From: Haplodiscus bocki | Lineage: Eukaryota | DNA: 64,000 nt | Assembly: GCA_965655095.1 (NCBI GenBank) | Contig: OZ296659.1 | Span: forward strand, 7,502,001-7,566,000 | Direction of reading: 5' to 3' | Shown: positions 27,201 to 39,899 of the stretch, piece after piece | Layout: the number at the start of each line of letters is the position of its first letter | How positions within the stretch are numbered: the stretch's first letter is position 1 | Translations under genes and position numbers: made by a program | Notes under the pieces: model-generated | The model's input: the letters and a program-made list of their open reading frames with translations, nothing else | The model's database searches: none | What the model was told of the DNA's origin: nothing

Positions 27201-30200
27201 GAGCCAAACCCAGCATCAATGATCTTCAAACAAGCACTGAAAAAAAATGAAAAAGGAATTAGGAAAGGCTGTATGTCGCCAGACATCCTCAATCTACACA
27301 GCGAAAAAAATGGTTAAATCGAGGGCGTGGGAGGAATAGAACTGGGCGTAACAACCATCAATAACATCTGCGATGCTGATGACAGTCATTGACTGCCAGA
27401 AGCGAAGAACTGGAGCACTTGATTGATCAGACTGTTAACCAGAGCAAAAAGTTTTGCAGAGAATTGAACATGAAGAAAACCTAATTCATGGTAGGAATCT
27501 GGACTAATTCTGAAGAAACAGCTCACACGCAAAGCTATGTATACTACAAATGCCTTGAAGAAGTAATCAGATTCCAGTATTTGGGATGGCATTACCAGAG
27601 AACGGACGTCATGAAATCGAGATAGCCATCCGTTTGGCACAAGCAAAGAAAACGTTTAACGACATAGAAAGAGGCATCCTGAGAAACAAACACCATCAAA
27701 TCCAGTAAAAGCGTCCTGATGACATAAATGATTCCAATCGCAATCCACAACTGAGAGGTATCGACTCTCGGTAAACTACTTGCTTGTAAAAATGCCTTCA
27801 GAACGAGGGGTTACGTCATCAGATGGGATGCTGGATGCAGAGAAAATCAAATCACGATGCATGAGAGATTGGTAGCACGGCCTAATTATTATAGATGCCT
27901 CTAATCACTGGTGAAGTGTCAATTCACGTTGAATGAAAGGCATTACAACGCGAATTTTGAAAAAAACCTTTTGCTTCAAAATCACCATAAGCTTTAAAAA
28001 ACGCGCAAAATTGAGGATTGTCGAAATTGCAGCGATACTTTCGTACGCATTTTCAGCGTTGTGAAAATCAAAAACGTGAGCGCTGCGGGTTGGTTGCCAG
28101 AACAGTGTATATTAAAAAACGAGTTGAAAATACATTACTCACAGGCGAATCGGAACTTCGCACCACATCATGACTTGTGAATTGAGATCAAAGATCTTCA
28201 GCAACTTAAAGACCCTGAGAGATATTTGAACCCTGATCGGATAAACGATTAAAACTTTTAGATATTCTACACCAGATGTCTGTCAAAAAGTTGTTCGAAA
28301 AAGTCGAAATGAAACAAGAACCTGTAACACTATCTGAAATTCGAAAAGTTGATGCACCAATTATAGCTTTTTAGGGTCTCTATTTTGCGACGCAGCATTT
28401 CAAGGATTTACAAAAAAATACCGCCAAGAAAAAAAATATTATATGTCCTAACAAAACGTTTCGTGGAAAATTTCCCAGCTCTCAAAATCGCTCAAAATTT
28501 GTCAATACTGACAAGAAGTAAAACAACAAGTTTTTTATCTCCGATGTATGGCTCACTAATATTAACTATTTTCAGAGCTCAAAAAATTACATGTAACGTT
28601 TTTGGCAAACACGTAATACACTGGCCACACTGTCTCATATTCAAAACAATGTTATGTGAATGACCATTAAGAACTCTGATATTTATTTTTTACACCAATG
28701 TTCAGAACTTCACTCTTTTTAGAACGCGAAAATAAACAAGTACCTGCCAAGATGTTGCAAAACGAGCCCTTTTTGACTGTTGATGCTAAAGTCTCTAAGG
28801 ATGTTACAAAATGCAAGTTTTGGACAGCATAAAAAACTATGCATAAGCCAGTTTCTAATACCCATTCTTACTTTCAGTCAGAATGTGTAAAAATGAGATA
28901 CGTAGTCTAGAAAACACGAATATGCAATACATGGTGAAACTTATACGAGTCAACTCAGTGAATTACATGTATAAAGATGAAGTTTCATTCTTTATCAAAA
29001 ACTTACATTCAGCTGAGAATACATCACACAGAGGCGAAGCGGAACTTCGTAACACATTCTGACTTGTCAATTGAGATCAGTGATCTTCAACAAATTAAAG
29101 GCCCTGAGAGATATTTGAACCCTGATCGGATACATGATTAACTTTCAGAAATTCTACACCAGATGTTGTTCAAACGGTTGTTCGGAAAAGTCGAAATGAA
29201 ACAAGAACCTGTGTTTTACTCGAAAAGTTGATCTGTCAATGAGTACGATTGTGCTGATAACAACTATAAAGGAAATTGCAATACTATCAGCATTGAAACC
29301 AACACCTTTGACATCTCGATATCGTCCGTTCCGACCGTTCGGCAGCCGGTATGTGGCCCCTTGCTACGCTCGCGGAGATACGTTCCTGCCGCCATTAGTA
29401 ACAATTTGTTCCCCGTAAAAACATCTGCTGACTTTATTATAACAAAGTTAACGGATAATACGTATGTGCATTTCAGCCAATTAGAACATTTTGTCTACAC
29501 GAGATTCAATTTTTATGTTTAGTGAAACTCTTCAATTTTATGTTTACAGGTCTTATGTGGTTTGGGAATCCACGATGACAAACCATACTCGCAAATTTTC
29601 CGCTTCCACTAACATTTCTTTGCTCAGCATCATCAAAAACTGGCAAAACATTCTCAACTGAAGGTGAAACCAAATTGGCTGCTGTTACTGCACTCTGCGG
29701 GTCACGTTTCTGAGTGACCTGACAGGAACCTGCCGCTTCATTGCACTCAGTTTTGACCTCATTTGGCCTATCTTGGAACAGTGTGGATAATCCCTGAATA
29801 CTGCTAATGCTGTTGCTACTCCTGCTGGTTGCTAAGGAAGATGACTCGACGAGGAAACTAGTTTGAGAGGAGTTAGAGATGTCCCGCTTCGTGTCATTGC
29901 TATAAAAAACCGCAGGGATGGCTAATGTAACCATAACTTTGCCGCAAAAAAGTGTTGCAGGAAGAAGAGATAAAACAACCGATGATTTTTAGATGATCTT
30001 TAAGCGTTCGATTGTCAAACTTTAGTTTTTACGAGAAAAAATATCATGGCCATCATATCGTTTAAATCTATAAACCATTACACTGCCTTGTATAAACCCA
30101 AAATGATGCATTTATTTTTCACATAGAGTCCAAATTCAGTATCTTTTGGTGATCAAAAAGGTCAAACTTGGGGAAAGGGAGAGGGGTTGTAAATTGAGCA

Positions 30201-30644
30201 ACAAGTCGTTGTTGGAAAAGTAGCATTATAAAATTTCAATCTAATTGTCAGTTAAATTTAGCGAATAATAGGACATAAATCGATTGGTGTCTACAATACA
30301 AGACTTCGCGAAAATACATCTTCTTATAGTTTCGTCTCAGTGCGATTCGAAACATTCGAGTAAGCCACATTTCCCACGGAAAATAACTTTGTTCACGGCT
30401 TTCCAACTTTAGATCACATATTGCATAAATGACGTAGTAAGCCATCCCTGCCAAGTTGTGATTCATTGATGTTACTGAGAGACGAATGATTGAGTAAACT
30501 CTGTAGAGGTCGGACAGGAGAGATTCCGTTGAGACTCACAACCCGATCAGGAACGAACTCGTCTTCCGGCTGAGTCTTGATGAAGAAACTCGACAAGTCG
30601 TGAGTGCCCTGAACTGCGTCTAGAATTTGCCCAACCGTTGTCAT
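18236..30644 (-). CDS. Host gene: Ser-rich protein with a single C-terminal C2H2 zinc finger (exons 30644-30418, 29899-29614, 18865-18567, 18281-18236)
   Basis: GT-AG boundaries with compatible phases; CEICDYKTTSVKRMRLHYNYAH finger; AATAAA on the minus strand at 18109-18114. Confidence 0.65.
19150..21970. mobile_element. Three copies of a non-autonomous Helentron/DINE-like element with an internal ~125-130 bp tandem repeat
   Basis: Repeated unit agcaaatttgc(c/t)gtagaatgcgactgaaatagtaagatttctc; each copy ends in a gccgctggtagccggccgtcttgtt-like palindromic terminus (~19510, ~20000, ~21955). Confidence 0.6.
24222..24315. repeat. Short inverted repeat / MITE-like hairpin
   Basis: taggacctttagcgccgcagtcgc ... 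gtgactgctgcgctaaagtccta. Confidence 0.4.
25400..27800 (+). mobile_element. Degenerate RTE-clade LINE (APE endonuclease + RT), antisense within the zinc-finger gene intron
   Basis: Endonuclease-like QLQDTV...MGYSNAVG...KFGL, INTFFQKK and DHAPVIARFR; RT-like LPKKSS..YEDHRTINL, GCMSP and INNICDADD (cf. YADD); many stops and frameshifts. Confidence 0.8.
28143..29240 (+). repeat. Dispersed repeat family with terminal hairpin GCGAAG-n5-CTTCGC (copies ~28143, ~29031, ~36197, ~51721)
   Basis: ~200-bp homologous segments ggcgaagcggaacttcgcaacacattctgacttgtcaattgagatc...gaaaaagtcgaaatgaaacaagaacctgt; a subterminal hairpin is typical of Helitron/Helentron derivatives. Confidence 0.65.
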
Positions 30645-31850
30645 CGTCTCTACGTCTTACAATTGAGTGATGTCAACTTTTGGTTTAAATTCAAAAGATG
30701 AGATGATTTTCGAACATCGAAGTCCTATTTTCGATGAAAAATTTCGGAGCCCATCTTTTTTTCCCTAAAAATTAAAAAGTCAGGGCATCATTGGAGCATC
30801 GTGACAATAGAGAAAATAGGAATCTATGCGTTGGGCAACCACAAAATACACATATAACACATTGCTTCTCGTATAACATACTTTTCAAAGGCCGAAAATA
30901 ATTTTGACGGGAAAAAAAGTATACCGCATTTCATGCTATAAGCCGCGGCTTATTAAAACCGGAACTTTGCTTCAATTATTGCTTTGAGGTTAATAGACGG
31001 GGGCAGTTTTTAATTTTGAATTTCGGAAAACTAGCTCTGGAAAATAAAACGGTGACTTGGACAATATCATTGAAGTTGACCGGTTTATGAGGGACATATA
31101 GGTCTACCTAATAGTCCATGATATGATAGCTCATGCCCGTATCACAGTTCGTTCGCCTCTGAGGTCATAATGCCAAAACATCATTTCGGAATATCGAGAA
31201 CGTAACGCGGCTGATGTTCGAGAGATATGGCACTTCAAAGTGTGGGCGCTGCATCTCGAACTGATATGCTCAACAATTAAAAATCACTTGTATTAGTATT
31301 TAAACAAAAAAAAACGAGAAAAAACGGGGAAAAAAGAAGTCGACATCATCAGTGCCTGGATCATTATCGGCAAGGTTCTCATCCAAGGACGCCCTGATAC
31401 CCTGGATCCCAACTGTGCTACTTTGACAACTGGTTGCATCCTGGTGACTTCGCACTCTGAGGTCAAGTCTGGGCATCTTCGACTCACAGTGACCTTAGAG
31501 AGGATCATTTTCCAGTGTATTGTAATACAACATGTTTCTCTAACGGGTTATAATACAAAGGTTAATCGCAGTTCTTGAATTTAATGTATATCCTATCTTC
31601 TTCAACTCAATTTTATGTTTTAACAATTAGAAAAAATGCTAAATGATTTTCAAATTTGAAGGCTAAATGACTCCTCCTGGAAGCAAATCAAAGCCGAAAA
31701 CAAACGCAAAAAACCTTCGGAACCAGAAATTTTCCCAAATAAAATGCGAAAATTTATCCTTTTTCAATGGAAACTTTCTGACCAAGTATACTGCTCACAT
31801 AGATCGCATTCTAGTATAACTTCACATCAAATTTCTCATATCGTATATCG

Positions 31851-34800
31851 TTACAATACACTATTATTACTGGATGAAGTTTTAGATAGGTCTGTGGTTT
31901 TATATGAAGTAGCAGACGATTGCTGTTGTGGTTTGACTTTGGGACTTTCCTTGGAATTGATCTCTTGGATCTCGAAGTCATCGTCGTCACTGATGATGTT
32001 CACAAGGCCGCGGTGTGATTGCGAGAGAATTGATGATACCTGCAAGCGAAAGAGAAGAGATCGATAACATCGAGTGGCTTGAACTGTTATGATAGCGAAA
32101 TGAATAAGAGAGACTGATTCAGGACTTTAAGCTTTGCAAAAGCTCGTACTATGGCGCAATGGTAAATGGCGCCACTCCTGTCAAGGTTCGAACTTCGCTA
32201 CGGACAGCAATTTTTTCGGAACTGTAACCAATACCAACCGCCGCTTTCATTTTGCTAGTTACGATGCAATAACTCCAATTTAAAACGTTCATTTAGCCTC
32301 TTCAGCGTCGGCAGACTTGTATTCTCATTTATCATTCTATGCAAAAAAATTAACACATTAAATTTCGGATCCGAGATTTATGCCGAACTATGTTATCAAT
32401 GAGCCGTCCTTTGTAAAAAGTTGATCGGTCAAAAAATTTTAACCGGTTACCAAATTTGTAACCGATGAAATGAAACATGCTATTCCGATGCTGTTATTTC
32501 ATTTGATGTTTTCAAGGTTTCCGTGGCAATCCTTGTACAGACTCTTGCAGCTTCGGAAAACTTAATTAGCTATTTTGGAAATGTATGTCCGGCAAAAAGA
32601 ATGTATCTATCTAGAGAACTTGTAGAGGCGATTTCGTCTTTATATTTGAACAAATTGTGATATCTCGGATTTTCAAGAAATGGAAAAATTATGATCTTCA
32701 AATTAGTGCTTTTCCTCTTTTTCGATTAACCGGTTATTTTTACCAAGGTTAACCGGTCGAGAAAAAATTAACCACTGACGGCTCTAATTAGTACACTTTG
32801 CCACAACTCAACTGGTGTTAAGAAGCGAATTGATAAAACCTTAAACTCAGGCAATCTCTAGCCGCATATAATAAAACCAAACCGAATTGCATTGCACAAG
32901 CATGTTTTCAACGCCTTAATTCTTAGTCCATCTATGGAATCAGGAACAGGAAATGCAGTGGTAGTACAAATTTGACCACTTCGTGAGTTGAATACAAGTC
33001 AGTACTACATTGAATTGGGATTACTTCCTGGAAGACTCCCCAATTTATCACCCATTCGCCTACTGCCCGTAAATTACAATGGTGTTAGAAAGAAATCGTC
33101 GTCCTGAGCATTCTAAAATTTTAATTAGCCAACAGCAAAACGTTACTTGCTCTCCATCTGAAATTTAATTGGTTGACAACTATAAACTTTGCGTATTTTT
33201 CGAAATATTTCGCGAACCTTGACCCGGTTCAGGAAAGTTTTCGGCAAAATTTATAGCCAAAAAAATCCCCTGAATCTCCTGATTTCGCTGATAAATTTTG
33301 AGTGAAAATATTTGCGAATTACAAAAGTATCAGCATTTTAAAACTTGAAAATGAGTAAACCATCTCACCCACTTGCATGCAGATACCCACTTGTCTCTAC
33401 TAATAAAATATCGATCGTTTTCCACTTTCAACATTTTATTGAAATCAAACTACATCATTAGCTTCAAGAGATCCTGGAAACCGTTTGAATAAAATTCAAA
33501 TTCTAATTATTCCTGTATGTTTTGCCTTTCGAATAATGATTTTTAACAAGCAGTTTTCAAACAATAATTGCTAAACAAATTAGCGATTAATTCACTCCCA
33601 TTACTAACATGAAACGGAGCCCTACCTGATTATTGTCACTGTTTGATGCTGTCGAATATTGAGATGGGTTAAAGTCAGATGGGGTAACTTGAGAGTTCGT
33701 TATACCCACACCTATCCCTGATTGGGGGCGTTGCTGTTCCACCGAGGGTGGCGGTTTCTGTCTCTTCAGGGTGATGGTTCGCTTCCGACTACTGTACGTG
33801 TTACGAGGACGCGCCCTTCCTGTCAAAAACAAGATGAATACAATATCATTTGGCAACATCCGATGAATGGTGCAAACACTTATTACATTTTACCCCTAAA
33901 ACAGGCATAGTTGCTCTTATTATAGGTTTTCTTGGCTCGGCAATTTTAGACATATGAAAAGTTTCACTTTGTGGCTCGAAAACTTTTGAACCTAGGGGGT
34001 TCCGCGTTTTGATTCCATTCTGGCTTGGAAAAAAAAGAACTATTTATTCCTCTATATACGACAACAAAAATAACTTTATATACACGGAAACACAATCAAC
34101 ATAGAGTCGGCCAAATACAGGGCGAAACGGACAATACACGGGTCGAAGGTGGCCTTTTTGCCGTGAGCAGTAATAACAAAAATGCATAACATTATAGGAA
34201 ACCTCAACTCAAGCAAACTAAAAAATAAAGACCTGCTGAAAAAATTATGGAAAAATTCTGGGACAAAACTGGTTGACATTATTTGCTTTAAATTCATAAA
34301 GTCAATTACTAACATTTTGAGACTTTTAACAAAGGGAAACTTTTCAATCACATTGACTAATGATATGGTTTTGTGGATAATTTACTTGAAAAACCAATAT
34401 TATTATGGTGAGAAAAAATGCCAGGGAACTAGGTTGAAAAAATTGAAGAGCAGGTAAAAAGGATGCTACGCATTAAGCACTAAGAATTTAGAATAGTGAG
34501 AAAATGGATGTAGCGAGTTTATCAAACCGATTTGCGAAGAAAAAAATATGCACTGGGCAAATTCAGCAAAAATTTCCATTGCGTCGAACATTCAAATGGG
34601 CGAAATTTTCGGAGCGTTTTGAAATTTGAAAAAGTTTGACACTTCGAACAGTCTGCAATTCTTCGACAATCTGAAAATCAATAAGTTAGCGACGCCATGA
34701 ATGGTCTTCATTTTAACAACGCAGAAAATAAGACGTCAATTCAATCGACAGATTTGAGAAAATCAATTAGCACGTAAATAGCGAAGAGTGGCGTCCGCTC

Positions 34801-37800
34801 TAGCTTGGGGAAGCGAAGGAGTAAATAAGCGCGAATAAAAATAAATAAGATTTGCCTTTCACTCTATCGCTCAGCTCGGTGGCAGGACAAGAAAAACAAA
34901 GACCAAAATACCCAAGCCCAAAACACCCAAAGTATCTAAGCCTAAAATACCCAAGGCCAAAATACCCAATGTTACAAAATACCTAAGATTTGAAGAGCCA
35001 TAGTAATTAAATAATTAGCAGCGTCTTGAACTAAAAGTTTCAAGACGCCTTTAATTATTTATGTCTATTGATGTTTTAAACTATTGACGCTGACATAATA
35101 AAATACCACAAGTCAAAATATTCACAGAAAATTACGTTGAACAGAAAACAGCCGCGAAGTTCAAAAACTTGGGTATACACAGGGTGTACCCCACAAAATT
35201 TTCGGCAGAGATAAAATTGTAATTCACTCCACACAATTTTCGGCAGTGTGAGGCAAAATTGTGATTCTTGTCACAAATTTTTCGACACTGTGAGACAAAA
35301 TTGTAATTCACCTCACAAATTTTCGACACTGAGACAAAACTGTACTTCACTTCTCAAAATTTTCAACTCTGTGATACAAAATTCTAATTCATCCCACAAA
35401 ATTTTCGTCATCGTACGGAATTTTGACCTTCGGTATTTTGGGTGTGGGTATTTTGGAGTGGAACCGAATAAAATACCACAAGTCAATATTACCTTGAACG
35501 GAAAAACATTCGTGAAAAATTCAAAACTAGTTTTCTTTTTAAAAAATAAACGGACACTTGCATTTCCAAAATTCAGTATTTTTTCTCCAAAAACATTCAC
35601 ACAATATAATTTTCTAAAAATTGTAATTCACCTGCTTTTCGCCACTGTGATACAAAATTGTAATTCACTTCTCAAATATTTCGACAGTGAGAAAAAATTA
35701 TGACCCCCAACAAAATTTTCGGTTCTCTGGAAAACTTTACATTTCAAAATGGTGAAATTTTGCGAAGTTGATCCTAGATGTGGTTGTAAATTTGTACAGT
35801 GTGTTTATAATGGCGTATAGAAGTTTATTGAAAGAAGCAATAATATTTAGCATCGTAATTATGATATCTATTATGTAATTATGCAACATTCAAGTATTTT
35901 GGGTACTTTTGATGTTAAGACGCTTTTAATTATTTAATTGGTATTGTTGTTTGAATCTTGGGTATTTTGGCCTTGGGTATTTTGGGACATTAGGTATTTT
36001 GACTTTGGTGATTTTGGACTTGGGTATTTTGGGACTTTGGGTATTTTGATTTGGGTATTTCGGGCTTGGGTATTTTGGGTTTGGGTATTTTGGGTTGGAA
36101 CCGCTCAGCTCAGCCTTGCTCAGTCATGCCAGCGAAGAAAGAAGTAACATTTTTAAAATCTAGAGGCATTATGCGAAGGTTAATGCCTAAACACAAAGCG
36201 AAGCCGAACTTCGCAACACATTCTGATTTTTCAGTAGAGACCAAGGGTCCCGAAAGACATTTAAAACCATGATCGGAGATGTGATTGACACTTTAGAAAT
36301 ACCATTCTAGCTGTTAATAAAAAGTTTGTTCGAAAAAGTCAAATTGAGACAAGTACCTGTCACAGGGTCTCACTCAAGTTGATGTCAATCAGGTCTTTTC
36401 GTGTACGACATTTCGCTGCCCAATTTCTAAGAAGTTGGTACAGTAACCAACGCGAAAATGAACAAATTTCTGTCACAGAGTTTCAATAAAAAATGATATT
36501 TGAATCATGTCTTTTCAAACTACCCCATTTTGCCGCCCAATGTTTACGAAGTTTGTACTGTAAGAAAAACGTGAAAATGAACAAGTACCTGCCTAAAGGA
36601 AGACGTTTTCTCCCGTTTGAAATAGATGAATAGACTCTTTGTGGACGTCAGAAAAAGCAGGTTTTGAACATAAAAAAATAGGGCATAAGTTGACTGCAAT
36701 ACATCTCGCAGTCAGAACATGTAAAAGTCGAACTTTTTCGGTTGCAGTTCAAGACTTGCTGCACCCTCCCCTAACTGAGAATATAAGGGGAAATGTACAT
36801 TATTCTCGCTCTAGAGACGACACATGAGAACTTAGAATTCCGTCAATTACAGTGTCTTTAAAGAAGAAAAGTCATCATAAAGCACCGATTAAAAATAGGG
36901 ACTACTTTTCCAAAAATTGTGCAATTAAAAATTCGGATATGACAAATGTACCGGCAGGGTGACCTCGTCGTGGCACCATGTTAACTTGTTGACCCTGCTG
37001 TAACCCAGAAGCAGCAGCGACGGCAGCTGGGTTCGAACCCGCCACTCCGGCGTGACTCAAGAGTCCCATAAGACCACTGGGATGTCCTCCAAAGGAAATT
37101 GGATTGCCCGGAGTGGCCCCACCTGACCATAGATTATCAAAATTGTGTTTCATAAAGATCAGTAACATGTGAGTTTTTGATAAATTGAAGAACAAAGAGC
37201 AATCTTTTAATTAAAGGGTCAATTGAATGTGATCTTTTCACTTTACCAGTTGAACGTTTATCCTTGGAATTTAGAGATTGGACTTGTACACATCATTGAA
37301 TCTTTGACAAAAATGAACACTAATTTTAACTTTTCGTTAAATTTTATGCTTCGGCAATCGTCCAAGAAGTCTAACTTATAAAAATAAGCTTAAAAGGACC
37401 TGCATATTGTAGGCTGACCAAGCCTAAACATTTCAAGTGTAAATGCGCTGCAACGCCTCCAAATATTGAATAGAAAAACTTCGACAGGAGGAAAATCGAG
37501 AAGATTTGGTTTTTAGTATTTTCACCCACTGACAGTTAGTACATGTAGTTCGGATTAACAGTTGTTCAAATTGATGAGTCATAGCGAAACAACTTATAAT
37601 TGGTTGATAATTTTATTTTTGATAATCGGTGCGGGTGATGACCTGACATGACAGGGGGCCCGAGTGTGAAAGTGCCGAGACATTTGGAGAGCAGGGAGTT
37701 GACGAGGTAGAACTGCACATCGCATTGGGCAGTTTCGATTGTGGTGAAAACCGATTTGTCCACACAGATACTCAGACGGTAGCTGTTGTTCGCGTTGAAA

Positions 37801-37814
37801 TCCATCATCGTCAT
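31851..37814 (-). CDS. Host gene of unknown function (exons 37814-37643, 37122-36952, 33819-33626, 32039-31851; possible upstream exons at ~41.8-42.2 kb)
   Basis: Four GT-AG exons join in phase (1,1,0) into one open frame; basic NLS-like RKRTITLKR and SIM-like LVNIISDDDD. Confidence 0.7.
32150..32210 (+). repeat. tRNA-derived SINE-like head (similar relics at ~39470, ~46650 minus, ~47925 minus)
   Basis: A box TGGCGCAATGG and B box GGTTCGAAC without a complete cloverleaf. Confidence 0.45.
34878..36102. mobile_element. Non-autonomous MULE/foldback-type element with 9-bp TSD
   Basis: GCTCAGCTC at 34869-34877 and 36103-36111; element begins GGT and ends ACC; arms made of ccaaaatacccaag / cttgggtattttgg subrepeats; internal ~42-bp tandem repeats. 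Confidence 0.75.
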
Positions 37815-39899
37815 TTTTGCTCATCTGAAACAATCAGGGTTGCATGAAAAGACGATTTGAATTCGAACATCTCGACATTTCTTGAATGTCCTGCAGTGGT
37901 GTACATTTAAAGGATAAATTAAATGATCCTTTAAATTTTTCTAACAAAAATTGAATTATTTTCATATAAATGATTCTAATTAGTTCAAAATTCTAAAGCC
38001 AAAGTATATATCAAATTGACGACAGATAAGCTCTTTCCGATCTAAAACAGTCATTTACACCCCGATTAAAAGCTATCTAGAAAAAAAATCTTGATGAAAA
38101 TTGCTTAGATAATGCTCATCATATGAGATAAAATTTGCAATTTTTAGCCATTTCATGATTCTGGGAAAAAATTCATCTGATCAGATAAATTTTGCAATCT
38201 TTCGCGAACTTCATGATTCTGGGAAAATAAAAAAAGTAATGAAGGATTCCTGTAAATTTCTTACGTTATACGAATACAAGAGTGTATATAATTTTCTGAA
38301 CTTTAGAACGTAAGGAGGGAAGTGAACAATTAGTTATTGAGAACTAACTGCCGTTGGTCAGAAAAATCGTGATTCTACACAACTGTCCTCGAAAAATTTT
38401 CAAAGTAACACCCTTTTCCTAGGCACCAATGACTCTAAAAATTCATTGTTCGAACTGAGAGACTATTTATCCCAGAAAAATTTCAAGTATCCAAGAGATA
38501 GGTTTTTTTTCGATTTTAGAAGAAAAAACACTTCACCACCATTCTCTCATCAGTTTTACTTTGTTAAAATAGGCCCACTGCCCGGCTCGGAGACCGAATT
38601 GCATGAATCAAGAAAGGCATTGATTTAAGTCAGCAATTTAGTATTACTAAAAAGCCCGACTATTACAGTACTTACTTCTTCTTTCTTCAAAATCGAAGAA
38701 CCCACACTGTATTCGACGTACCTATTTTATGAAATTTTACGTCTTTAGTACAGGCGTTCACAAGTCTTTTAGAATGTTCCAAAAACAAGCACATAGGGTA
38801 TACATAGATAAACTATAGGGGCATAAACTTTCCGCATAGCCAAAAACCAACAATTTTCCAAAAAAAAATTGACCAGCACGCCTTAATTTTTTTTCCTAAC
38901 ACCCCCTTGCATGAACCATTGTTTTGATCTGATCAAAAAGTATAACAAACAAAATTTTTCTAGGACAATGAACATGGAATCATATTTTATGAAAAAAAAT
39001 GCAACTACACCAAACTTTTCAGAAAGGCCAAAATCTCCAGAAGAGGGGTCACTCCTGGATATTTTGCTCCCTACAGACGGCACCGATTTGAGCCGATCCC
39101 ACCTTGTTGACCAGGACTACTGTTGTTTTCTGCATGGTTCCAGAACTTCGTAACTTCTCATTAGGGAATTGCTGCCCCGCTATGCTATCGCTTTACAAAA
39201 AGAGAGCTTTTTGAAAGAGATACTTCAATATCAGACGGTAAATTATAAAGATACCAATTTTCAGACGGGATAAGTTGAATTTACAGACAAGTTTAGTTTC
39301 CGTGTGAACTTGGCGCTTTCTAGCTGATTTCAAGGAATTTCTATGCCGATCAATGAGATTCATTTCAAAAAGTATTGATTAAGTGCGTTAATGTTAAGAC
39401 GAAAACAATTGTGAAAATCGAACAACTTGTAGAGGTTTTGAGCGTCACGGAAGTTTCAAAAGTGTCCGCGATCAAGCCTAGTGGTAAGGATTGAAAAGGT
39501 CAACATCGTACCTTTAATATTTTTCCCCTCATTTTTGATAATGATAAAAAAGAAAATTGAAAAGCTGTTTGTTCTGCGATGGAAAAACCCCGAGTTCGAT
39601 CCTCATTACGATCAAATTTTTTTCAACGTAATTTGCTATATTAGCAACTTTTATTAAATTAGTCTGAAAACACCAAAAAAAACATTTTTCTTTTGTTTCC
39701 TGTACAAAAAACCTTCCAAATTTGAATTTGAAACTATTGGGTTAATACAGACTTGAGTTTCAAAAAAATCCATGAGGTTTGAAAAAGTCGAAATTATAAA
39801 AACAAAAAACCCATGATTATAAAAAATGAGCAGTGAATTATTGGAAGACAATTTCAAAAAAAATGACACCTAACCTCTAACAACTATATTGTGGTCTTT

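Noticed and set aside
35132-36147. ORFs such as the W/F/G-rich 35938-36147 and 35248-35703
   Set aside because: Translations of transposon subrepeats.
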